A stretch of DNA of 64,000 nucleotides from Nageia nagi. Lineage: Eukaryota; Plantae; Pinophyta. The notes beneath the pieces were generated by a model. The model was given only the letters and a program-made list of their open reading frames with translations, was not told the origin of the DNA and made no database searches. This document shows, piece by piece, positions 1 through 11,832 of the stretch. Within the stretch, counting starts at the first letter, position 1; each line of letters begins with the position of its first letter. The position numbers were made by a program, and so were the translations under genes. The DNA lies in NCBI GenBank assembly GCA_050084985.1, contig JBITNC010000001.1:202678001-202742000 (forward strand). Reading direction: 5' to 3'.

Positions 1-2495
1 AATGACACAAATGTGAACCAAGGCCAACAATAGTTGATTTTATTAATATTGCTCAAAAGAAATTACAACAATAAAGTCTAAGAACCAAGGAAATTATCTC
101 AAGGCCAACAGCTTTACTGAATCAAAAAACAGACTATTCTCCTTTTCACACAACGGATCCAAAATTATTTGAGTTTCATGAAGACCATGTAACAAAACTG
201 CATAACAAAGAAAAGGATGATATTAGAGGAAACAAGAACACAACGGAAATATACTCAGAACTCCGAATGACACTTGAACAGAATGCAAGACTGATTGAAT
301 TCATTCTTCAACTTGCTACCAATTCTCATTTTATAGTTGAGTGATAACTTGTAAAATTGGTCATGAATGGACTCCTATTCACATTTCCTAGCTATCTTTT
401 GCTACATCATGCCTTTTGTCATACAACAGATACACCTACCTTTAACTGTTGGTAATCTTTATCGGGAAGCTTGCATATGAAGCAAGCTAACCACTTTTTG
501 AATTTACATCATCTCAATTGAATTACAATTTTTGCTTGCCGCATCAGACTCATAGTTAGAATTCTGAACTGCTTAGTCTATCAAACTCTACTCTTCAAGT
601 CATTCTAAAGACTAATATCACTCAAATCAGCCAAACTAAATGAACAATATTTACTGAACCAAATTTTCTACTTGCCAAGCTTAATCATTCTTTCTTCCGT
701 ATTTTCCAACACTACATAGTTTCTTTTTGCTTTCTGACTTCAATCTTTCACCATCTAGTCTTTAACTTGCAAATTCTGAACATTCTGCTACCTTCTGATA
801 TTCCCAATCATCAGTTTCCTATAATTAAACCATTTCTGGACTTTTCTGAGAATTTTGGACATCAAAATTCAAAATTCCGAAAGTTTCAGCCATGAAAACA
901 TGAAACTTATGTTATTTTCATCTTTATCAGATATTTCTATAAGTCCAAATCATCTTTCTTTGATAAAATCTCCGGACTGAAACCGATCAACGTCGCTTTG
1001 CGACCTTTTCAGACTTTCAAACTCTTGCTTGCCACTTGTAAAACTTTCGAAACATTTTGAGCTTTGAACGCTGAATTCCCACCAATGCCTCTGGTCATAA
1101 CCTTATATCAGAGAGGCGGAACTCCAGGAAAGGAATGTTGATGTGTAACCTTTGAAAAATCTGGTCTTCCAGCAAAGTATATAGTTTAAGGTTTTCAATT
1201 AGTCGTTCCAAGTGGAAAAATGTAATATCTGCGTGGACCATTCACTGATCATTTCGCTTTCCATGTTACCAACTCCTCATGGTAAGACAGACTTAATGAA
1301 ATCTGAATGGTGCTTGACAACTCTTGGAAAACTAAACCATAAGTATGGAAATATTGTTTCCAAATGCCCGTAATCATCATTGTGATTCCATATCCTAATT
1401 GGTATCTTTGAATATTTGGGAGGTTGTCACCACGAAGTGGCAACAGCTCTCGGATCTTTTCATTGTCATTTGTTGTCAAGTTCTATTATTCTAATTTTTG
1501 GATTTTGGCACATGCACATGGTGTTTTGTTAACAACTGTTCTGTTATGTTGCTTGAGCTGCTATTAGCCCTTGCTATTGCATTATCAAGTGTGAAATGCG
1601 CATGTACTTTCCATTATTATACTAGTTGAATCATAACAAAAGGATGCTAAGTTCATATCATTTCCAAACACGCTCAAGATTTCAGCAGCTGTATTTTCAT
1701 GCTGAATAGCTTATGGTGCAACCTTAATGCTCTTCTAGTGTATTTCTTGGTATATGTTCTACAAATGTGCCTATTGGAAATGTGTGAAGACATCTAGTTT
1801 AATTCTAATACTGCACTAATTGATGTTATTTGGCTAAAACAAAAAGGAATTAGGCAAAACCCTAGAAATAGAACTTATCTACTATGTAATTGACATCAAA
1901 GCACTCATACACTACAAGTCTGTCAAGTACTAATAAGAAATCTTGCCAAGTCAATCAAGGCGTGTACTGGCATTCAACATACAATTTTTTGAGGTTGACC
2001 AAGTTTTTGCCAGTTATTTGAGTTGCAAGTTTTTTCAGATTTTTTTGACAACTCACAAGTTTTACTGAAATATTTGGAGAAATGCTTTAATATATTTGTA
2101 TTATTGAATTTTGGGCAAGTTTTTAGCTGAATTTTTCTTGAGTCTGATAATTTTTTACCCAATCCAAAGGCTTGTCAGGTTTTGCGGTGTCTAAGTTTAA
2201 CTATACATGGTTGATATCAGCATCCCACACATAACCATAGAACTAAAGGATACAGGAGGTACTGATTCAAACTGGTACTTATCTTAGAATACAACCACTG
2301 ACCAGGATACTGAATATACTGTGATTAAGAAAATGACTCATATTGCAGCTGGACTGATATAGAAGCTGAACTTAGGACGGGGGGGTGGAAGATTCTATCT
2401 GCATGACAATCACATATTACCCAAAAGAAATAAAAACACACTAGTGACATTTCCAAGATTCCCTGCAGTTTCCATAAACTTTAATAGTATGTCCA

Positions 2496-4501
2496 TGTAA
2501 TGTCCTCATTTTGAACATCCTATTCATGTGGACCACTTAATATTTGACTTTGGTTATATTGGAGTGGGATGTCCCCTTTCCAAGTGATTTTAGGAGTATT
2601 TTGTTAGTTTGAATCATTTTTAGCTATTGTGGGCCCAAGGTGGCATTTTTGTATCAATGTAAGGGTGTTATTGTAATCCCTATGTGGGACATCCATAGCT
2701 AGGAAGGGTTTATTGTGTTATTTTTGTGATAACAAGGCATTTATTTGTGCTCTTAAATGTAATTATGCATGTAACTTGAAAATTGTAATCTTGTGGACCT
2801 GTATGACACCTATGATGGGAGGTTCAGCTATTTAGCGGTGAGACCCCTCATTTGGAGATCATTTTCTATCTCGAGTGAGTGACATGTCACTTCTCTAGCC
2901 TTCCTATGGACAAAAACCTTCAAGGAGTAAAGGACCAAGGATGAAAACCATTGTCTTCTTAGGAGTGAATCCATCCAAGGTTCACTTTGCGCTTCAAAGT
3001 TCCAAATCCAGCAGTTGGAGTTCCTTCAATGGTGTGTCCAGCTTGTGGGGTTGTGGAGGTTCCATTTTGAGTTCAGATCCAAGGGTTTGAGGCCCTACCA
3101 GTGTGATGTCCAGCCATAGAGGAGAGATTTCTTCATTCGGAGCATCTTCTTGCCTCTTGGACTTAGATGTCCAACTAGTTTGAGATTTTGGAGTTGCTTG
3201 TAATGTCCCAAATTAGAAAAAAATGCAATTTTACTCAAAATAGCCAAATTCCAAACCAAACAATTTTTATTTGAGACAAAAAAATCAAATCTAAAATGTA
3301 TTGAACTCAAGAATCAAATACTATGCTCGAAAATTGTCCAAATGATGCCCTAAGGCTGGATGTCTCACTACAAATCTCAAAATTAGAAAATAATGGCCCA
3401 AAGGGTTGGACGTCTATCAAGAACACCAAATCTGGCACAAGCAACTCCAAAATTCTCAAATTGGTTGGACATACGAGTCCAAGAGGTGAGAAGATGCTCC
3501 GAATGAAGACATATCTCCTCCAAGGTTGGACGTCACACTTATAGGGCCTCAAACCCTTGCATCTGAACTCAAAACAGAACTTCCACAACCCCACAGGTTG
3601 GACACACCATTGAAGGACCTCCAATTGTTGGATTTGGAACTCTAAAGCACAATGTGAACCTTGGATGGATCCACTCCTAAGAACACAAGGGTTTTCGTCC
3701 TTGGTCCTTTACTCCTTGAAGGTTTTCATCCTCAAGAAGTCTCCTTTCTGCAAATTTTCATCCACAGGAAGGCTAGAGAAGTGACAAGTCACTCACTCAA
3801 GAGAGAAGATGATAATAGACAAAGATGCCTGCAAAATGGTGTGCTCAACCTCTTTATAGCTATGAGTCCCCTCTTTAGGCTTCTAATTGCTCATTGAGAT
3901 CTCATATCTAGAGCTGAAAATGAGGCACCTCAATAATAAATCACCCCTAGAGATTCACACTACAATATTACAAGCGACAGCATTATATCATGCCTCATTA
4001 TTATTCCAAGACACACCTAGACACAATAAATCACTCCCACACATCCCTAGAACAGGGACGTACCACTTTAAGTGACAAAATGGGAATATTACAATGCAAT
4101 AAAATACCAAATCACCCCTAAGTGCACCAAGTTACTCCTAAATACCAAATTTAGTCCTGATTTCTCCTCGAAGAGCAGCGTCTTTAACTCCAAGTGGCGA
4201 AATAAAAATCATTACAACGTAAGATGAGTGAGATGCCAAAATAGGAGACATTACATTGCTTGTGCCAAATTTGCTCTTCTAGCCAAATATCCTACCCTTT
4301 GGGCCATTATTTATCAGTTTTGAGCTTTGTAGTGAAATGTCCAGCCTTAGGGCATTATTTAAACGAATTCTGAATGTTGTATTTGATTCTTGAGTTCACT
4401 ACATTTCAGATCTGATTTTTCTGTCTTAAATAAAATTTGGTTGATTTGGAATTTGGCTATTTTTGAGTAAAATTGCATTTTTACTAATTTGGGACATTAT
4501 A
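2496..4501. mobile_element. Solo LTR (outer, ~0.94 kb after removing the nested insert)
   Basis: Starts TGTAATGTCC (2496) and ends GGGACATTATA (4501, CA>TA). Flanked by the 5-bp TSD GTCCA (2491-2495 / 4502-4506). Confidence 0.85.
3199..4255. mobile_element. Solo LTR of the same family, inserted in inverted orientation inside the outer solo LTR
   Basis: TGTAATGTCC...GGAGACATTACA termini and perfect TSD TTGCT (3194-3198 / 4256-4260). About 3430-3800 is the reverse complement of ~2870-3198, and 3199-3400 is the reverse complement of ~4300-4501. Confidence 0.9.
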
Positions 4502-5236
4502 GTCCATCAAATAACTATGTTGAATATCCTACTACATTTATGATTCGATTCATATTATGTCATGTGTTTTTCTCTTTTTTCATGGTCACTTTGTGAATTT
4601 ACAACAACAATGAAGATTCACATAAAAATGGCAATAGAAGGAAAAACAGTACTTCCAACATTTTAACTTTGTCCTCTAACCATTGTTACCTCCCCATTTT
4701 GACAAGGTCATGATTTTAGTTTTTTCCATTTAAATGTTTTCATAATACTGCTAGATGGGTTTCTAATATTCAACAAGAATTAATTAAGATGAACAGCACA
4801 TTCAAATGTTGATTAATACATTGGCATAAGTGTTACAAAAATAATTTTATATATACAATTAAAGAGAATTTTAAACATTCACAATCAATAAAAGTTTCAG
4901 CAAATAAGCAATATAATTACAAGACAAATATTGAAAATGAAGCCTCCAAAAGAAAGCGTGAAAAACATAATGGCTGAAAGAGATACAGGTATTGTGCATA
5001 AAGAGAAAAAAAAAGTAAAGGCCTTCAATAAATACACAAGAAATTGATATTAAACAAAGACAAATAGAGAATAGACCATCCATGAACAAAATTTGAAATA
5101 TTTGCTCTAGAATTAAGAGCAAACCTGAAAGTATGTATTTGTCTTGCAAAAGTTGTTAAGCATGTTTGGGCAGATGTCTATAGAGAACAACAAAAACGAA
5201 ACTTACAAATGTATGAGATAAGAAAAGTTAACTAAC

Positions 5237-5298
5237 TTGCTTGCAGCCTTAGCTGCTGCTGCCCCACCATGTCCATCAAAAATACAAAATACTCCAAA
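5237..5298 (-). CDS. KAPP: KAPP exon: PP2C motif FGVFCIFDGHGGAAAAKAAS
   Basis: Splice sites ctgcag|TTT and AA|gttagt. Contains the DGHGG metal-binding motif of PP2C and is in phase with the preceding exon. Confidence 0.92.
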
Positions 5299-5405
5299 CT
5301 GCAGAGATCACAAATGGCTTCAGAGGTGTAAAGATCAATAGGTTTTGATAAAATATAATGTGCCCTAAAATGGAAACAATATTTTTGACAAATTACATCA
5401 AATAC

Positions 5406-5563
5406 CTGAGGAATCCCATGAAGTGGCCATTCACAATGGCATACATCTTCCATGGGAAGTTGTCTTCTTCCTCTGCGAATAGTCATTGGATCTGATGCAA
5501 CACAACTCCAAAAGGTACAGACTGTATTGGAAACTCTGAAGTATCATGGTCCACTATTTTTAC
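5406..5563 (-). CDS. KAPP: KAPP exon: FHA-PP2C linker and PP2C start (VKIVDHD...VPFGV[G]VASDPMTIRRGRRQLPMEDVCHCEWPLHGIPQ), with a 1-bp deletion at ~5503
   Basis: Splice sites cttgcag|GTA and CAG|gtattt. Matches the KAPP signature PFGVGVASDPM..RRG..LPMEDVC. Length is 158 nt, one short of 53 codons. Confidence 0.9.
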
Positions 5564-8500
5564 CTGCAAGAACACATGCAATATACTTGCAAATGAATCA
5601 CAAGATATCCAATTGTTGACATTGAAATAATAATATTTTATGAAATATATACCTTTAAGAAACCACAAAATGAAATAATTATGACTCATGAAAAACTGAT
5701 TACAGGAGAAGATCATTCTAGTAGATATCTATGATAAGGACAGGAGGACAAAAAGAACATCATCATACAGATGAATATTATGTGGACCTCTCAAATGTTG
5801 TAACAATTTATTGTAACAAAGAATGCTATTAACAGACGATATCTCCACCCATGTTAGAGTTCGGAAAGTAATGGGAACACTCCATCCATGGGAGGCTGAG
5901 AATCAAATCTTCCTGCTCTTATATGGTAGAACATATAAAAAGAGTTTAAGTACCCTTCTCCAAAATTTAAAATGAGGTTTACCAATATTTACAAAAAAAA
6001 AAGCAGACAATATTTAGTTTATAAAAGGGGATTCTAATTGAAATTGCTCCAGCCCACCTCAAAGAATTAACTTAATTTTTTTCAAATCAGTTCAATGACA
6101 TGCAGTTATTGGAGAAAATAACATCACAGTTGACTCAAATTTTACTCTGCAAAATTTAGCACTGAACCAATCTATCAGAAGAAGGTGAGATGGAGTTGGT
6201 TGACTGAACTGCTAGCTGTTGTAACCAAATATTCCACAAGCATTTGGTCTTAGAGTGTGTCCCTTTTTCCAAAGATTTGAAGAGAGGAGGATGAAAGAAT
6301 GAAGTAATCAACTCAGTGGTTATCCAGGTCTCCTACATGGTAGGGTGCCTGTAACTTGTAAGTAAATGCTTCCTTGGGCACAAAGCCAAGAAGCTTTAAT
6401 CAAATAGTAAAATAAAACAGAAAATGACAATTCTGAATCCAACTACAAAGAATGGCATTCCCTCAAATCTCATAATATACAGGACACCCGAATATAAAAC
6501 AATCATGGGAGAGTGATGATCTGTGCTTCCACCTTGACAGATGGAAAAAAGCTCTGTTAACACTAATATCCTGAAATGTATCTGGAAACATTGATGCTCC
6601 AAAGTAGAAACAGAAGTATATCATTAACATATTTGTGAGTGCAACATGCTTGTGCTTGAGAGGTAGGCCCGTAAACCAGTGCTACTAGAGGACACATCCC
6701 TACCCTCAATAGAATGTTTCCCTATAGCCTGAAATTTAGAGGTTTGGAGATGAGTAAAAAATGTTGCACCAGCATCCTCCTTTTGACCTAACTTTTTGAT
6801 GCTATCCTTGGTACATTTAAGCCGACCATAAACACTTAAATTTAAATTTTAGCTATTTAAAATTATTTAATTGAGTGTTTTATTTCATTTATGCAAAATG
6901 AAATTTGCACCCACTTTGAGTTACTCCAGGTTAATTCAAGAGAATTTCTTTGATTTAGCATTATCTTCTATGCACATTATTCTAAGTGGGTCCAATTGGA
7001 ACTCAAAATCCAATTTGTGAATCTTTTATAAAGCACTCTCAAGTGCTCATTTTAGATAATAAGCAATCATCATCAGAAAATATAACAATCAATCATAAGA
7101 AAAAAACAAACAATAACATAAGACTATCTTCCATCATAACAGGAATATCATCAAAATCATCCTAACGACATAAGGAGCAAACAACATGGACCAAAACATG
7201 AATCCAAACTAGAACGTCCAACATTCTGACACCCAAGCCCAAAAAGTGCTCTATGACCATGTTGGGATGGAAACCTTTCCTACTGGTCAATGATTGCTTG
7301 CACATGATCAGAATGAGAAAAGCATCAGATAGCGTAACTTACCTCCTCTTGAAAGGATTGAAACCCCAAAGTTTGTTCGTGTTCCCGTTGAAGTAGTACA
7401 ATTTTATATGGTTTAGGGGAATGAACTCAATTGGTTTGATAAAGGTCGAAGCTGTTAACTCAAGGGACAAGGTGTTTTTGTTATGATTGAAAGTTGCTTT
7501 CATTTTGTAAAACAAAAGAATGCAGGAAAGATAAAAATAAGCAAATAAAATGAGAATGATCCAATACTAGTTAGATCACAACACAATTGTCACAACAAAA
7601 GCATTGTCTAAAACAAGACGTTTTCTAATCAATCAAGAGGTTCTCATTCAATCAATCTAGTTCAAAGTAAATGACTATTGTCCAATTATCTTTGAATCTA
7701 GAGCATAAGGCAAGGCCGATTGTCGGTAATTTGCGAACAGGACCAATGCAATCAAGAGAACTTAGCATAGAATACGTGCTTTTGGAATCAGGTTTGAATG
7801 AGACTTTCAAATTAGATGTAGAAAAGAAATAGTTTCAGAATATATTTATTTCAATATGCGAGAGGCAAAAGGTAGCAAACTTAAAGGAATTTGAAATGTT
7901 TTTTAAAATTTGAACAACTACTTTTCCCTAAAACTCGAAAGTTTTCAAGGAAAGAAACGAAAACATTCAAACTATGAAAAAGAGCCACAAAAGAAATTCC
8001 ATTCACCACTCCATCAATGACAAATCGCTTGAGAAAATAAGTCACTGCTTTGTATTACAAAAGAGTCACAGAAAATTTTCCAAAATTTTCTTCCTTTAAA
8101 AAAAATTTAAACTTTCCTCCAAATTTTCATTCTACATAAAAGTGACCCCATAGGGTCTATTTATAGAATTTCTAGGGTTCCCAAGTGTTGCCCTAATTCT
8201 ATAAAAAAAAAATTAAATATTACATATTTGCCTCCTACGACTAACTCAATTGACTTTTGGTGCTCTACTTGCCAGGCTGACTGATCATGAGAGAAGGATT
8301 AGTCGAGTTTTGGTGCTCAACTTTCTCGGCTAACTAATTTACACAATTTTCAAAAATGAATAGAATCATAGTGGCTGATTTGCAGATTGCACATGTGATA
8401 CTATGACTGCCTCGAAGTTTGCGCCCATGAAGGTTTCTCTGTTTTTGATTCCGATGTTGAAAACTTCCATTGTGCCTTCATTTGCCAACAGGTTGGCAAT

Positions 8501-9599
8501 GATGGTCTTCCAAGTCTTCTTCATCTTGCTGCACCATATCGCCATATTGATGCCATATTTGATCTATTTTCCAGATTTGAGGACATTGATGTCCTCAGTC
8601 TCGAGGTAGTTCGTGATCATTAGCTGGACTTCATTCATCATTGTATTGTAGCCCCTATTGCGCCCATCTTCATCGATCAATTTTAGATCAAATTCGTACT
8701 CTGCTAGTTGTCTTTTCAAGTCTTCTTTCAAATTTGCCCAGACTTGAATGAAATCTTGACATTTCGTTATAGCATAGAACAGCCAATCGTACTGGTAAAA
8801 AAATTGATGACAATATTCCAGTAGTATTGGCCTGCCAACAATCTTCCTTCTTAAGTCATGCAACACTAGATAACTATTGCCCCACTTAGTGATTAGTTCA
8901 TGGATCTTGCCTTGGATGGCGAACGATCCAGTCTCTTCAATAAAAAAATTAGTTATTCCTAGGAATAATTCTTGGATGCCTTCTTTTGTTTCCTTTATCC
9001 ACTCTTCTTTGATCGCTTGAATCATAGTATTCAAGGAAATATGTTTTCTGATGTCTTCAATTGTCAGCTTAGCAACTTGGATATCCACAATCAACTTTTA
9101 ATGTCTGGCCAATTCCTCTTAAGCTCCTTGAGCTCTACCTTCTGTGTAGTGATCTCCTTCGTTAGCGCCACAACATTTGTGACTATTGCATGTTGTCTAC
9201 CCATAGGCACAATCTTCTTACATGGCTCTTCTCTCATGTACATGACTAAAGCAAAGTCCTCATTGGCATTTCTTTTCCTCTCTATAGCACTAGTATCTGT
9301 GACGATGGAATGATCCTTCATCAAGACGTAGGTGGCTATATGCTCAAGTTCTGTATATGAATCTTGATTGGTTTCAATATCAGCATGGGATTCAGATGGA
9401 TGATATGCTCTTAAATTGTTTAAAAACGCCTTCACGTTGAAATTCTAACCCAGTTCAGGACTAGCAACTGTAACAACCTATCTCTCAGGATTCCCTTGCT
9501 ATTCATCCTCTTTTTCCTTTGATCTTCGTTTTCACCTTCATCCCCTTCTGATGAGGAAGCTATTCCCTTAGACATTGGTGTGGCGTTCCCCTTGTTCGT

Positions 9600-11832
9600 T
9601 TAGTGGGACCAAACTGGTCACTATTGTACTATACTTTAATCATGTACTTGTATTTGCATTATTATAACTTAGGATAGGGGACTTAAGGGGTCAATGGACC
9701 CCACTGTGTGCCCCAAGTGAGACGCTTTCTCCCAAGTACTAAATTAGGCATTTATTGTATTGGAGATCCCAGATTGTGGGAGTCCCAAGGTTTATTTATG
9801 CATTAGAATGATAGATGGCTACCTGCATGCTAGCGCTAAGCTTTTAAGTACTTGATAAAAACCATGCGACTAAGCTTTTAAGTACTTGGCCAAATTCCAA
9901 GTTGACATTGAAGCTCAATTCCTGGTCACACTATTTTGAAAGGGTGCTCAAGCATGCATCTTAATCCTTGCGCTTGGGGGTTTGGCACGCTTCCCAAGAC
10001 CAAAAATTCAAAAATGTCTTGAAAAATGTAAGGTTGATAGAGGTCGCATATTTTGGAGAGGGTGCTTTCTCTCCCTTAGTCCCACACAATGCTCTAGACA
10101 AATTTGCAAACTGAAATACTAAGGCTGACTTCCCTTTTATAGCCTTCCGAGTAGGATAGGTGTCACCATATGATAGGTGCGAAAGAGGGTCCAATGCATG
10201 TGTCTCCACTTGTCAACAAACTCGACCCAACACTTAACCAATTTTCCCTTTATGAATCTGGTCGCACAGTTTGAGCAAGGTGTAAAAGCACTCACTGGAA
10301 AGCATGCAACTAGCCTTGGTTGCCCGAAAAATGGCTAAGGCCTTTTCTTCCTAGTTGCATGGATTGAGTATGGTGCAAAACGACTCGTCCGAAAACATGC
10401 GATAGACTTTCATGACCTCCAAAATGACTAAGTATGAGATTTCCTCCTTGGTCACATCATTTGGGGTGAATGCAAAAGCACTCACCTGAAAACATGCGAT
10501 AGGTTTTCCACACAAGAAAAATGCTAAGTATAGGGGGTTCAACCTTGTTCGCACCATTTTGGATGAGTGCAAAAGCACTCACCTGAAAACATGCGACAAG
10601 CTGAAAACATGGTTTTGCCTTGCATTTCGACCAAAATGACACCAGACATGAAATGCAATGAGGGAGAGACGAATTTCTGTAGCATGAAGGACCTTCAAAA
10701 GTACAATCCTAAGACAAAAAATGCAAGTGATGAGGCTGAAAACGCAACAAGGGGGCTGGTTGCATAGTTTGAGTTGGGTGCAAAAGGACTCACTCAAAAA
10801 CGTGCGACTGAAAAAAAATGCGCAATTCTAACCTGGCTTGACCATGAAAGAGCAATTTAAACATGTTTCCTGAAGCTAGACCAAAACATATGCATTTCCT
10901 TTGACAAATTACTTCCATGTATTTCCTTTTTTTTTTATTTCGAGGGTCCTCAAAATGCGAAAATTTTTTGTGGGGTGTTGTGCAAGCACAACATATTCTA
11001 ACCCTAACGTTGGCACTTGAGGGTTTGCATACTTGGTGTTTGATGCCTTAGGCCAGACGTCTGGGCAATTGTAATCAAATTTGCTGATTTTATCTAAAGA
11101 TCCCATTTGGATCTTCAGCAAGGGGGCTGGTTGCACTATTTGAGTTGGGTGCAAAGGGACTCACTCAAAAACGTGTGACTGAGGGAAAATGTGCAATTCT
11201 AATTTGGCTTGACCATGAAAGAGCAATTTAAACATGTTTCCTGAAGCTAGACCAAAACATATGCATTTTCTTTGACAAATTACTTCCATGCATTTCCTTT
11301 TTTTTATTTCGAGGGTCCTCGAAATGCGAAAATTTTTAGGGGGGTGTTGTGCAGGCACAACATATTCTAACCCTAACATTGGCACTTGAGGGTTTGTATA
11401 CTTGGTGTTTGATGCCCTAGGCCTGACGTCTAGGAAACTGTAATCAAATTTGCTGATTTTATCTAAAGATCCCATTTGGATCTTCAGCAAGGGGGCTGGT
11501 TGCACAGTTTGAGTTGGGTGCAAAAGGACTCACTCAAAAACGTGCGACTAAGGGAAAATGTGCAATTCTGATCTAGCTTGACCATGAAAGAGCAATTTAA
11601 AAATGTTTCCTGAAGCTAGACCAAAACATATACATTTCCTTTTTTTTTTATTTCAAGGGTCCTCAAAATGCGAAAATTTTTGGGGGGGTGTTGTGCAAGC
11701 ACAACATATTCTAACCCTAACATTGGCACTTGAGGGTTTGTATACTTGGTGTTTGATGCCCTAGGCCTGACGTCTGGGCAATTGTAATCGAATTTGCTGA
11801 TTTTATCTAAAGATCCCATTTGGATCTTCACA
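9600..11832. mobile_element. LTR-derived insertion within the eORF
   Basis: 9615-9790 resembles the start of the solo LTR at 22343 (shared ggtcact, ggaccccactgt, cccagattgtggga). Ends GGATCTTCACA, and eORF-like sequence resumes on both sides. No clean TSD. Confidence 0.55.
10747..11830. repeat. Tandem repeat, 3 units of ~370 bp (10747-11117, 11118-11486, 11487-11830)
   Basis: Units start (g/a)caagggggctggttgca and end gatcccatttggatcttca. The third unit has a ~25-bp deletion. Confidence 0.95.

Noticed and set aside
1-2490. Next PP2C exon or an identifiable TE
   Set aside because: No KAPP-like peptide is seen. The sequence looks like old TE debris that I cannot classify.
10909-11831. Three similar ORFs (MHPTQ...KIQMGSLDK)
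   Set aside because: They are by-products of the 369-bp tandem repeat, with variable frames and no domain.
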